Positions 30,516-41,900 of a stretch of 64,000 nucleotides of DNA are shown one piece after another (the first letter of the stretch is position 1; each line of letters begins with the position of its first letter). Source of the DNA: Alphaproteobacteria bacterium (GTDB taxonomy: Bacteria > Pseudomonadota > Alphaproteobacteria > CBDBCS01). The DNA lies in the NCBI GenBank assembly GCA_965203415.1, contig CBDBCS010000006.1:343789-407788 (forward strand). Reading direction: 5' to 3'. Made by a program: the position numbers and the translations under genes. The notes beneath the pieces are model-generated. The model searched no databases and had not been told where the DNA came from. It worked only from the letters and a program-made list of their open reading frames with translations.

Positions 30516-30699
30516 CGCCCCCTTCCTACAAAAACACTCGGCCAGAGCGGCAGCGAGAACCACAAGCTGGCCGCAAGCTGGCTTCGCCCGCATGCGGCGG
30601 GAGGGGGAGGCGCGGGCTTGCCTCATGGCATGGTGTGGCATGGCAGGGCAAGCAGGGCCGCCTGGAGACACGGACAACAACAGCCAAGAACAGCACCAA

Positions 30700-31885
30700 A
30701 AGAATAGATAGAATAGTTAGGGAGAATAATAGGGAGAACAGTTAGGTCAAACAGTAGGTGGAACAGTGAGGCGGAACAGTGAGGTGGAACAGCTAGGTGG
30801 AACAGTGAGGCGGAACAGTGAGGTGGAACAGCTAGGTAGAACAGTGCGGCGGAACAGTGAGACGGAACAGCTAGGCGGAACAGTGCGGCGGAACAGCTGG
30901 GTGGAACAGTGAGGCGGAACAGCTAGGTGGAACAGTGAGGCGGAACAGCTAGGTGGAACAGTGAGGCGGAACAGCTAGGTGGAACAGTGAGGCGGAACAG
31001 CTAGGTGGAACAGTGCGGCGGAACAGCTAGGTGGAACAGTAGGTAGAACAGTGAGGTAGAACAGTAGGTAGAACAGTGAGGCGGAACAGCTAGGTAGAAC
31101 AGTGAGGCGGAACAGCTAAGTGGAACAGCTAGGTGGAACAGTGAGGCGGAACAGTAGGGAGAACAGTGAGGCGGAACAGCTGGGTGGAACAGTAGGTAGA
31201 ACAGTGAGGCGGAACAGCTAGGTGAAACAGTGAGACGGAACAGCTAGGTGGAACAGTGAGACGGAACAGTGAGACGGAACAGCTAGGTGGAACAGTGAGG
31301 CGGAACAGCTAGGTGGAACAGTGAGGCGGAACAGCTAGGTGGAACAGTGAGGCGGAACAGCTAGGTGGAACAGTGAGGCGGAACAGCTAGGTGGAACAGT
31401 GAGGCGGAACAGCTAGGTGGAACAGTGAGGCGGAACAGCTAGGTGGAACCGTGAGACGGAACAGCTAGGTGGAACCGTGAGACGGAACAGCTAGGTGGAA
31501 CCGTGAGACGGAACAGCTAGGTGGAACCGTGAGACGGAACAGCTAGGTGGAACCGTGAGGCGGAACAGCTAGGTGGAACAGTGAGACGGAACAGTGAGGC
31601 GGAACAGCTAGGTGGAACAGTAGGTGGAACAGTGAGACGGAACAGCTAGGTAGAACCGTGAGGCGGAACAGCTAGGTAGAACCGTGAGGCGGAACAGCTA
31701 GGTGGAACAGTGAGGCGGAACAGCTAGGTGGAACCGTGAGGCGGAACAGCTAGGTGGAACAGTGAGGCGGAACAGCTAGGTGGAACCGTGAGACGGAACA
31801 GCTAGGTGGAACCGTGAGACGGAACAGCTGGGTGGAACCGTGAGACGGAACAGTGAGGCGGAACAGTAGGGAGAATAGATAGATT
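30700..31885. repeat. about 1.2 kb non-coding satellite: about 90 tandem 13-bp units (GGAACAGTGAGGC / GGAACAGCTAGGT alternating, i.e. about 45 x 26 bp), flanked on both sides by TAGGGAGAATAGATAGA-like sequence
   Basis: Directly visible. Every unit carries TAG/TGA so no frame is open (no ORF >=60 aa in any frame between 30712 and 31992). There are no unique spacers. Minor variants (GGAACCGTGAGAC) cluster in blocks. Confidence 0.95.
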
Positions 31886-32002
31886 GGGGAAATTAAACGC
31901 GATTTTTTCAGTTTTTTGCGGCTCATAGGGGTTGCACGCCCCCTCTTTTGCTGCTAGAGTGTTGACTGTCAGCGTGGCACTCCGAGGCTGCGTTGTTCGT
32001 GT

Positions 32003-32078
32003 GGGGCCGTAGCTCAGTTGGGAGAGCGCCTGTTTTGCACGCAGGAGGCCATCGGTTCAAGCCCGTTCGGTTCCACCA
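32003..32078 (+). tRNA. tRNA-Ala (anticodon TGC)
   Basis: 76 nt: GGGGCCG TA GCTC AGTTGGGA GAGC G CCTGT TTTGCAC GCAGG AGGCC ATCGG TTCAAGC CCGTT CGGTTCC A CCA. G3:U70 Ala identity pair present; encoded CCA. One T:T mismatch in the T-stem noted. Confidence 0.8.
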
Positions 32079-32130
32079 GTTTTTTTTCGCCCGTCGCTTT
32101 TTCCGGGCCGGGCGAGGCTTGTTGAGATGC

Positions 32131-32176
32131 GGGGGCAGAGTCGCATGGGTGCGGCTCTGTCCCTCGGCTTTTTTGA
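32131..32176 (+). terminator. rho-independent terminator-like hairpin plus T-run downstream of tRNA-Ala
   Basis: GGGGGCAGAGTCGC ATGGGT GCGGCTCTGTCCC followed by GGCTTTTTTG. Confidence 0.55.
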
Positions 32177-32306
32177 GACCCGGGCTTTTTATTGCCGGAT
32201 GCTTGTTTGAGGGGACCTAGACCCAGGGGTCTAGACCCAATGCTGCTCCAATGCTGCTAGAGCGTGTCCTACGTCAGCGTGGCACTCGAGGCTGCGTTGT
32301 TCGCGT

Positions 32307-32382
32307 GGGGCCGTAGCTCAGCAGCGAGAGTGCCCGTTTTGCACGCAGGAGGCCATCGGTTCGAACCCGTTCGGTTCCACCA
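32307..32382 (+). tRNA. second, diverged tRNA-Ala(TGC)-like copy (possible pseudo-tRNA) within a roughly 270-bp tandem duplication of the tRNA locus
   Basis: 76 nt, same anticodon loop and acceptor ends as the first copy. It has a C:A mismatch in the anticodon stem and an altered D-loop (AGCAGCGA). Its upstream region lacks the TTGACT -35-like hexamer seen before copy 1. Confidence 0.5.
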
Positions 32383-32431
32383 GTTTTTTCACCCGGCCGG
32401 TTTTATGTTTTTCGGCCGGGTATTGGGACGA

Positions 32432-32478
32432 GGGGGCAGGGTCGCATGGGTGCGACTCTGCCCCCGCTGCTTTTTTGA
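32432..32478 (+). terminator. rho-independent terminator-like hairpin plus T-run after the second tRNA copy
   Basis: GGGGGCAGGGTCGC ATGGGT GCGACTCTGCCCCC followed by GCTGCTTTTTTG. Confidence 0.55.
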
Positions 32479-32500
32479 GGGGTCTAAACCCCGAGGCGGT

Positions 32501-34045
32501 CTAAACCCAACTATCGGGCTCGGCGTTTTTCCGCTCCTGGATGAAAGCGTCCAGCTTTTCCAGCGTAGAGCTCTCCATGGCAGGGGGGGTGTAGGCGGCT
32601 AGCATAGACTTCCATTTTTCGTGAGCCCGGCTCGTCATGTCTTTCGAGCCTTGAGCTTCCCACTGCTCGAACGAATCGACGTCAGCCAGAGGCGAGCGAT
32701 AAAAAGCGGTCTCGAAGTTCTGGCGTGTGTGAGCAGCCCCCAGAAAGTGGCTTCCTGGCCCGACCTCTTCGATGGCCGATAGAGCCTGACCGTTTTCCGA
32801 AAAATCGGCGCCTCCCAGGAGGCGCGCGGCCATAATGGCCTGGTCGGCGTCCATGACGAATTTCTCATAACCCACCGTGAGCCCGCCCTCGAGCCAACCC
32901 GCGGTGTGCAACACAAAATGGACGCCCGCTAGAGCCGTCGTCTGCAAAGTCGCACACGCTTCATAAGCCGCCTGAGCATCAGCAATTTTAGACGAACACA
33001 GCCCGCCCCCCGACCGAAAGGGAATGCCCAGACGGCGCGCGAGCTGGCTGGCTCCGTACAAAATCAGAGAGGACTCTGGCGTGCCAAACGTCGGAGCCCC
33101 CGACTGCATGGAAACGGTCGCCGCAAACGTCCCGTAAATCACAGGAGCTCCAGGCCGAATCAATTGCGCTAAAGCCGCCCCTGCCAGAACCTCGGCGTGG
33201 ATCTGAGACAAAGTCCCGACCACAGCGACGGGACTCATCGCCCCGGCCAAAATAAAAGGCGAGACCACCGTGCCCTGGCCGGCCTCGGCATAGACCCGCA
33301 ACGCCCCGAGCATCGTCTCGTCAAACGTCAGAGGCGAATTCGCATTGATAAGCGAAATGACGACGCAATTGCGTGCCACGAAGGCCTCGCCGAAGAGGAG
33401 CCGGCACAGAGAAACCGTGTCCTCGGCTCGTTTCGACGAGGTCACAGACCCCATAAAAGGCTTATCCGACAGCACCATATGCGCGCGCAGCATATCCAGA
33501 TGGCGTTTATTGACGGGCACGTCGGTCGGCTCGCACACGGTGCCGCCCGAGTGATGCAAGCCAGGCGACAAATAAGCCAGTTTTACGAAATTGTGAAAAT
33601 CCTCTAAGTAGGCGTAGCGGCGGCCTTTCTCCAGGCACCGGACAAAAGGTGGCCCATAGGCCGGGGCAAAAACGCTGTGCGGCCCGCCTATCGGGACCGA
33701 GCGCGCCGGATTGCGCGCATGCTGCGTGAAGGTTTTCGGAGCCCGCTCTCGGATAAGCTCGGTCAGAAAACCCGGTTCGAATCGAACCCGTGACCCTTCT
33801 ACGGTCGCCCCCGCCTGCCGATAGAGGTCTAAAGCCCAGGCTGAATCGTGGAACTCGACGCCTATTTTTTCCAGAATATAGTCGGCATTAGACTCGATGG
33901 TCGTCATTTGCGCGTCTGAGTAGGGCTCAAAGACGGGAATAGCGCGCTCTGCAAAATTGCGGAGAGGCCCCGGGGCCGATTCGGCGGCCTGGCGGGCTCG
34001 GAGGCGGGCGGCGCGCCCGCTGCTGTCAGTTCGTCTTGATGTCAT
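32501..34045 (-). CDS. trimethylamine methyltransferase (MttB) family protein (non-pyrrolysine; glycine-betaine/quaternary-amine methyltransferase-like)
   Basis: 514 aa; MttB-family architecture (..PYSDAQMTTIESNADYILEKIGVEF.. N-terminus; TIM-barrel-like core with ..GTFAATVSMQSGAPTFGTPESS..). Confidence 0.8.
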   Translation of the reverse strand: MTSRRTDSSGRAARLRARQAAESAPGPLRNFAERAIPVFEPYSDAQMTTIESNADYILEKIGVEFHDSAWALDLYRQAGATVEGSRVRFEPGFLTELIRERAPKTFTQHARNPARSVPIGGPHSVFAPAYGPPFVRCLEKGRRYAYLEDFHNFVKLAYLSPGLHHSGGTVCEPTDVPVNKRHLDMLRAHMVLSDKPFMGSVTSSKRAEDTVSLCRLLFGEAFVARNCVVISLINANSPLTFDETMLGALRVYAEAGQGTVVSPFILAGAMSPVAVVGTLSQIHAEVLAGAALAQLIRPGAPVIYGTFAATVSMQSGAPTFGTPESSLILYGASQLARRLGIPFRSGGGLCSSKIADAQAAYEACATLQTTALAGVHFVLHTAGWLEGGLTVGYEKFVMDADQAIMAARLLGGADFSENGQALSAIEEVGPGSHFLGAAHTRQNFETAFYRSPLADVDSFEQWEAQGSKDMTSRAHEKWKSMLAAYTPPAMESSTLEKLDAFIQERKNAEPDSWV

Positions 34046-34512
34046 GCGTTTTTGTTCTCATACAGGGCAAACCACGGAGAAAACCACAGCCCGCCCCCGA
34101 GACAAACTCAGGACGCCGCCGTGCCCCCTGCCGGGGGCGGATTGTAGCAGATGTTCAAAGCCTTTCCAAGTTGTCAACGCCCAATCCGCGAGGACGTCTG
34201 GGAAAAAAACCTCAATCTAGCCCTCGCATGTCTCTTTTTAGGTTGTTTTTCTTGTGCCGATAGCGTACATTACCGCTTACACGCCTGGTTTCACGGCCCT
34301 GGGTTTTTGCAGGCCTGGGTCTGTTGTATTTAGGCGTGTGTCTGAAGGTGTGTTCGATGGTATTGGCCGGGGGTATGTTCCGGAGGTGTTTCTAAGAGCG
34401 AAGGCCCTAAAGTCCGAGACTTAAGCTCGGCCCTGGAACACAGGCAGGGGTTCCGTCAAAAGCTTGAGGGGCACTTCTCGGTTCAAGGCAATCAGCAGGA
34501 GGACGCGGGACG

Positions 34513-35767
34513 GTGAGCGGCAAAAAAAACGACCGATAAAGAGATCAAACTGGAGTGCTCGTTCTGCGGGAAAGCCCAGCACGAGGTCAGCAAGCTCATT
34601 GCGGGGCCGCGGGTCTTTATCTGCGACGAGTGCGTCCAACTATGCCGAGAGATCATCCAAGAGGATGTGGCGAAAAACCTCCGGACCCAATCCGAGGACA
34701 CCCCCATCCCTTCGAGGATCAAAGCCAAGCTGGACGCCTATGTGATCGGCCAAGAGCGGGCGAAAAAGGTTCTCGCCGTCGCGATTTACAACCACTATAA
34801 GCGTATTCGAGGCCCAGTCGAATCCGATGACGTAGAGATCGCCAAATCGAATATCTTACTGGTGGGGCCGACGGGGTCGGGCAAGACGCTTCTGGCTCAA
34901 ACGCTGGCGAAGATCCAGGATGTTCCTTTCACCATTGCCGATGCGACGGCTCTGACCGAGGCGGGCTATGTCGGCGAGGATGTCGAGAATATCATTTTAC
35001 GGCTCTTGCAGGCGGCCAATTATAATGTGGACAAAGCCAAACAGGGCATCGTCTATATAGACGAGGTCGATAAAATCAGCCGTAAATCTGAAAATCCCTC
35101 TATCACTCGGGATGTCTCGGGCGAGGGCGTGCAGCAGGCTCTTCTCAAACTGATGGAGGGCACGGTTGCCTCGGTGCCGCCCCAGGGCGGGCGCAAGCAT
35201 CCGCAACAGGAGTTCCTGCAGATCGATACGAGCAATATCTTGTTCATTTGCGGCGGGGCCTTCGCCGGGCTCGAGAAAGTGATCGCCGAACGGAGTACCG
35301 AACGTAATATCGGGTTCGGAGCCAACCTCCAGGTCCCAGGCGAACAGCACGCGGACGCTCTTTTGCAAAAGCTCCAGCCCCAAGACCTTGTCCGATACGG
35401 ACTTATTCCAGAGTTTGTCGGACGCCTGCCCGTCTTTGCCGTGCTGGAGACCCTGGACCAAAAGGCTCTGATCGAGATTCTGTCTAAACCGAAAAATGCG
35501 CTGACGAAGCAGTATGCGAAGCTCTTTGGTCAGGAGGGCGTGGAGCTCGTCTTTACGCGCGGGTCGCTCGAGGCCATTGCCGCGGAAGCTCTGAAACGCA
35601 GGACCGGCGCGCGAGGCCTCCGGGCCGTCATGGAAGAACTCCTCCTGGAGACCATGTACGAGATGCCCAACGCCACCAATCTGCAGCAAGTCGTCGTCGA
35701 TGGGGCAACGGTACGGAATCGCTCGCGGCCTGTCATGACGTACGCAGGGGAAGAGCGCTCCGCCTGA
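34513..35767 (+). CDS. clpX: ATP-dependent Clp protease ATP-binding subunit ClpX; start codon region disrupted by a +1 frameshift in an A8 tract
   Basis: Zn-binding N-domain in frame ([31 protein letters not shown]), Walker A ([18 protein letters not shown]), and downstream ClpX motifs. AGGAGG RBS sits 9 nt before GTG at 34513, but that frame hits TAA at 34537. Removing one A of the A8 run (34522-34529) restores [20 protein letters not shown]. Confidence 0.85.
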
Positions 35768-35876
35768 GCCTCTGGTTGGCCTTCGCCTAGCCCTCCGGTT
35801 GTCCTGGCGGCCCCGGCGGCCTAGAGGCGGGTCGTCTTTTCGATAAAATAAGGGTATGCCTGGCGTGGAGGACGAG

Positions 35877-35897
35877 CCTCCCTCTTAAAGAGGGAGG
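35877..35897. other. perfect inverted repeat CCTCCCTCTT-AA-AGAGGGAGG between clpX and the giant gene (stem-loop; possible terminator or regulatory hairpin, no T-run)
   Basis: Directly visible palindrome. Confidence 0.4.
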
Positions 35898-35919
35898 TCG
35901 TTCGCGCCCTTGCGGTTTT

Positions 35920-38900
35920 GTGGGCGATGAAGATGAATTTCACATGACTCTTTTGTCTTTTTTCCCGGTATGGTTCCCGGGCGGTCCAAATGGAGACTCG
36001 TCGAGACGGCGTTTGTTTCTCGGCACGGGCTTTTTGGGCCTCATCGCGGCGTGCGGTGGCAGCGACGGTTCGTCGAATTCGGGCGATGCAAACGGTGATT
36101 CCCAGACACGCGCGGATGGGAGCGAGCTCTATTCGGTCACGACAAGCCGGGATAATGACGGCAATCTTTTGGTGACGCTCGATTTCAGCCTGGCGATAAG
36201 CGGCATCGAGGAATCCGATTTCGACGTGCAGCATGCTTCGATTCTCAACACCTTAGCCACGGAGGCGGGGCCGAACAATCCTCTGGTCATCACCCTGAGT
36301 CTGGACGACCCGCGCTCTGGCCCGGCTCTGCTTATACTCAAATCGGGCGAAGTTTTCTCTCTTGTTGATTCGATGACGCCGGTCGTTGTGCCGGCATCCC
36401 AGACGCTCGTCGAGCTTCCGGCGGTCACGGTCTCGGTCTCGGTTTCGGAACCGGTTCCGGCGCCGGTTCCGGCGCCGGTTTCGCCTGACACGACGCCGCC
36501 CCGTCTTGAAGCGGATACGAACGGCGACACCGTCTTGATTTCCGAAACGACCCTGAACGACGCAGAGCCTCGGACGCATATCACATTTGCCTTTGACGAA
36601 AAAACGCGTGGCTTGCAGCTGGAGGACTTCCGGCTGGAAGGCGACGGAAGTCTCACGATGAGTTCGGGCGACCAACAAATTTTCACGCTGACGCTCGTCG
36701 CTGCCGAAGGCGTAGGCGAACAAACCCTGGCGATTTATTTTACCGAGAATGCCTCTTTCACGGACCTGGCGGGCAACACCGCCGTCGAGTTTCGAGGCAT
36801 GGAACTGGCAAGTTTTCTAGCGGACCGGCTTGCCCCGCGCTTGGCAGAAGGCCAAAGCCTACCTGAGACGCTCTGGTTCGGCGATTTTGTTCTGGACGCC
36901 ACGACGGGACGCCAGAGTCTGACGTATGATTTAGCCGATGCTTTCATCGATGATTCGGGCATGACGACCCTCTTTTTAGGGGAAGAATATCAAGCCCAGG
37001 AGCGTCTCAATTTTGTAGACGCAACGCTATCCGAATCGCTTCAATTGACGCTTGAGCTGGTGGAGGACGTAACCCAGCGGCCTTCTCTGGGAGAGCAACT
37101 GGAATTCAGCGTGCTAGACACAGCCGGCAATCGACTGGCGGTGGGTACGACGGTTTTCAGGACGGGGCTCCAGTTTCGCTATGACGACACCTGGTTGTAT
37201 TACACCATAGAGACCGTTCTCGGCGACGTCGCGCCTGCGGTTTCTCATTTTACACTCGAGGGTATCGGGGGGCAGGCCAACATTCGAGAGGTCTCGGAGC
37301 CCGTGGCCGGCAGCACGCCGTATCACCAGCGTTTCACTGTAACGATCGACCCGGGCGCGCAACTTGCGGATGCGACGGTGACGCTGGTGTCCTCCGAGCC
37401 GACGATTCGACTGCCGTCTCAACCGCTTGAGGTAGACAACACGCCGCTTGCTTTCAGTTCTCTGACGGTGACCACCGCACCGGGCCTATCAGGAGGTCTA
37501 CCGGAACTGCGGGCAGCCTTTGAGACAACAACTGTCACGCTTTCTTTCACCGACGACCAAATTGCTTTCCCCAGTTTTGACCCGCTAGATTTTGCTTTCG
37601 AGGGGCGAGGGCTTCACCTCGTTTCCATTGCTTCGCCGCAGCCGGATCAGATTGCGCTGGTGCTGGAGGCGGCTCCCGGTATTTTTGCCCAGTCTGTAAC
37701 GCTCATGTTTTCGCAGAGCGTCTCCATCGAAGACGACAACCGCAATCCGTCGGAGCCCGATTTTGCAGGGCAGGAGCTGGCGCGTTTTTTTGTCTCGACG
37801 GCACCGCCCGTCCGCCTGAGTTCCATCGAGAATCAAACGCTCGATTTCAGCAGCTCGCTGAACCCCAGTTTTGCCGACATCACTTTGTCAGAATTTTTCT
37901 CTATCGACGGGGCCGCCTTGCGTTACGCGGTTTCCTCGAACGGACAGACTGTCGCGGATACGACGATTTCTGATGAGGGCGTTCTTGTTCTCACGACGCG
38001 TCCCGGCATTTCGGGATCTCAGACGGTTACCGTTGTTGCGGAGGCCGCCTCCAACAATGGAGTCGCGGCCGGCGCCATGGTCGTGGCCATGGCAACGGAT
38101 AGTTTTGTGCTCACGGCTGCCCCCCCGACGAGTGCCGGGCCGACCTTGGAGGGTGTCACCTCGTTTGGTCTGCCTCTGCTGGCCCATCGTCGAGAGGGCG
38201 GTTTGGTCCTCACCTTCAGCGAGCCGTTGAATGAATCGCTGGACGTTACGGATTTTGTGATACAGGACGCTGCGGGCGACCCTGTGCCGGACCTCGCCCT
38301 CGAGGTGGCGAGCTATGGGGCTAGCAAGACCGTGACGCTTTTTGTGCAGGACACCGCCTCGGACCCTCGGAGCGCAATTCGGGCAACCGTGCAATTTGCT
38401 TCGGACGCCAGCTTTGGCGACCGGCAGAACAATCCGTTTACGGTTACGATTACGGCTCCGGACCCGGACGACCCGTCTATGACGGTCGTTCTTACGGATC
38501 AGAACGATTCGCTCCCCACTTTTCTGATCCAGACGGACCCGCCGCCGCCTTTTCTAGAGGCGTCCCGGCGTTATTTTCCTATCCCCGATACCGTCACGGC
38601 TGGAGCGGTGCTTTTTCCCCAAAATCTGGAGACTTACTTCGAAGGAGCCACGCGTTTCTCGTTTCGGGAAAGTGTCCGAACCGGGGACGGCGGCCCTATC
38701 GGGGCTTCCATCTCGGACGCCAATGTACTCACGGTAACGGCGACGGGCGAGGAGGGCCTAGAAACGCTCCTTGTGACCGCAAACTATCCAGAGAGCTTTG
38801 ACCTCGACAATCGAACCGTTTCGTGGATTTTCTGGCGAGGGGAGGCTCTCATAGAACCGACGGCAGGCGTTTCGCTTCCGACAAATCTGGCGAATTTTGC

Positions 38901-41900
38901 AACCCGCACGATTTGGGACCTGTCTGAGTATTTCGAGCCCACTTCGGATTCGGACCCGCCTCTAGGCTTCCAGTTTTCGCGAACGGGTTTGAGCCTGGTC
39001 GAGACCGAGCTCAACGGAACGAGCCTGTCTCTGACGCCCCTCGAGGGAACGCATGGGATGGAAGTTCTGACCGTCACAGCGGTGCACGACAATGGCTGGG
39101 GCCTGACGCATGCCATCACCCTCAGTTTCGAGGCTGTGACGCTGGACCTGGAGCCCGAGACCGCCGAAGAGGGAACCGATTTTAGCTTTGACCTCAAAAC
39201 GGTTCTGACGGGCTTTGGCGTCGCAGAGACGGACCTCTTGAGTTACGAAGTTTCGGCAACGCACGACGGGGCGGCCGTAGAGGACTTCGTCACCGTATCC
39301 ACGGCCGGCGGCCGGCGCGGCATCGTGCGAACGCCGGACGGCACGATGCTGCCCGAGGTGACCGCGGCCCAGCTCTATACTTTGTCCGTCACGCTGAAGT
39401 GGGAGGCCGGCACAACGACTCTGACGCACACCGATAGTTTTGAGCTCACGGTCACCAATAGGTCTGGCGACCTCGATCTCATTGCCAGACGCGATGTGAC
39501 CGCTCTGGGTAATTTTGATCTCGACACCGAGGCCCACCGGACCCGCCGTCTCGATGTGCTAAACGAGATTTTCACCACGACTCTGGCGGCGGCTGACATC
39601 GAGTTCTCTTACCAAGTTGCCCCTCGAGGCGACCCCCGCCAAACCGTGTTCGAGCTCACAGAGCCCTTCTTGAATTTAGCGGATGCTCTAGATGGTCTAT
39701 CGGCGTCGGCTCTTTTGACCCATACCGAGTTCGACTTGATTCTGCGCGCCCGCCCGAGCAACAGTCCAGAAGTCACGACGCATTCGATCCTGCTCCAGAG
39801 TGCAGTCCACCACAGTCATGCGCAGCTGGCGGCCGAGACAACCCAAGAGTTGCCGGCGGCTCTAGGCCTCATAGGGCGCAATCCTCAAACCAGTCGCGTT
39901 CTGGAGCCGTTCTATATCCAGAGCCTGGGCGACCTGGACCGAGACGGCCTAGACGACTTCGTCGTCGCCCAAGCCACGGGAGCCACGAGTCACTCGATTG
40001 TCCGAGGCTCCACCACTTTTGGAACCCACGATACCTACGAGGCGCACGCCGCCGAGCCGCCGCCCGCTGGAACCAGTCCGCCCGCCGCCGCTGTCCTAGA
40101 GAACTTCCCTCTAGACGGGGCGCTGCAGCGAGGGTGGCGCGGGGATCTCGATCAGGACGGGTCTCCGGATTTCGGTATCGGAGACCGTTTTTTTCTAGGC
40201 ACTTCAGGCGGCGGCTTGGCTCCAGCCGAGACTTTCCCCGCTATCGGAGCGTTGGGGACGGCGGCCCAGTCTACGACAGGGCCCGCCAACGCACAGACTC
40301 CCGTCGCAGAGATTCCCGTCGTAACGAGCTCAGGAGATGTGGACCAAAATGGTCTTGTGGATTGGGTCGTGCATGCCCCTGCCTCGGACGCGCTGGTTTT
40401 CATCCAGAGCGGCGTCTCTACGGCGGCGGACGTTTTTTTCGACGTGGCTCTGGTTCGGGCGCACGCCTTTCACGCCTCCTTTCATGCGGCGACGGATTTC
40501 TTTGTGCCGGATGCGGTGGAAGACGGCCGCTTGAGCCCGGCGTCGGGACCTGCCGGGAGTTATCAAACAGCGGGGCTCTTTCTTCGAACAACAGACACGG
40601 GAGACTCGGAGCTTGTAGAGGCGGGGTTTAGTTTTTACCATGCCTCGTTTTCATCGCATCCCGGGTCGGCTTTACCGGCCGGAGACATCAATGGCGACGG
40701 TGTAGACGATGTGCTTGTCACCATCCCCGGCCGCGATGCGCCCGGAGCCGCCAACGCCGGGGCCGTGGCCGTTTTATACGGCAGCTCTGGCCTGGGCCCA
40801 GGTCTAGGGCCGGGCGTCTATTATCAGACGCACACGCCGCAGCTCGATGCCTCGGCGGAAGCGACCCCCGGCCTGGGGAGCCTCGGCTTCCGAGCCCTCA
40901 ACGAAACGCATCTGAATGGCGGCCGCCATGGCTTTATGATTCACAGTTCCGAGGCAGGCCAGCTTCTGGGTCGCCATGTCGTCCCGGTCGGAGACTTCAA
41001 TGGCGACGGGTTGGCAGACGTTCTCCTTGGGGTGCCGGGAGTAAGCGGTGAGGGCACGCATCGGCTTCTTGTTTATTTGGGAACGGCCAGTGCGTCTGCT
41101 CAGCTGGACATTGGCGAGCGAGACGCAGAAGCTTTCCAAAACAGTTTTTTTGAAATCACCTCGAGTGTCGATTCTTTCGGTCAGACGCTTGCCCCCGTTG
41201 GCGATTTTAACGGCGACGGGCTGAGCGATTTTCTGGTCGGCGGCCCAGAGGCGAGCTATCTGTTCTTCGGACAACGCGGCTCCCGAGCCGACCTCGCGGG
41301 CATGGTTTTTTCTGCCGACACGGCCGAGACAACACCTGGTGGAGCACCAACGCAAATGCTGCGCTTAGCCGGCGAGGGCCACGCCGTTCAGGGGCTTGGC
41401 GACATCAATGGCGATGGTCTCGCGGATGTGGCCTATGGGACGCAGCACGGCACGTTTCGAGTTCTCTATGGCAACACGCATTACGGCACAGAAGCGGGCG
41501 AGGGCACGCCCTCGCCTTACGCCTCTCATGCGGGAGACGACCATCGGGACGCGCCGATTCAGAGCGGCCAAACGGCCTTAAGTGGCACGGGCGACGACAC
41601 GCTCTATCTCGAGAGCACCGGGGCCTTCATGGTGGACGGCGGGGCCGGCCAAGATACGCTTGTCGTCGGGCGCGGCCTCGAATTGGACCTCACGACCCAT
41701 GGACCCGGGCCTGGGGCAGACCTGGGGGCGAGACTCGGGCGGGGCGACGTCCGAAACATAGAGACACTCGCCCTGTATGACGAATCTGAAAGCGTCGTGA
41801 AACTCGACAGAGCCGCCGTCCTGGACCTGATCGAGACGAGTCCTCTTCAAACCTTGAACGTCACCTTCGAAGGCGGCGGAGTCGAAACCATTACCGCACG

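Noticed and set aside
30700-31885. Possible CRISPR array or coding repeat protein in the 13/26-bp satellite
   Set aside because: No spacers; TAG/TGA in every unit closes all six frames (no ORF >=60 aa); not palindromic so not a parS-like array.
31993-32602. ORF-track CDSs 31993..32220 (+) and 32264..32602 (+)
   Set aside because: They read straight through the tRNA-Ala genes and their terminators (peptides like GRSSVGRAPVLHAGGHRFKPVRFHQFF are the tRNA translated); artefacts.
34200-34300. Sigma-32 heat-shock promoter upstream of clpX (CTTG...CCGCTTAC-like)
   Set aside because: Match to the CTTGAAA-N13-15-CCCCATNT consensus is too poor to assert without a scoring matrix.
34046-34512. clpP expected upstream of clpX, and lon downstream
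   Set aside because: Only about 470 bp of non-coding DNA separates mttB from clpX, too short for clpP, and the downstream gene is the giant lipoprotein; clpX is solitary here.
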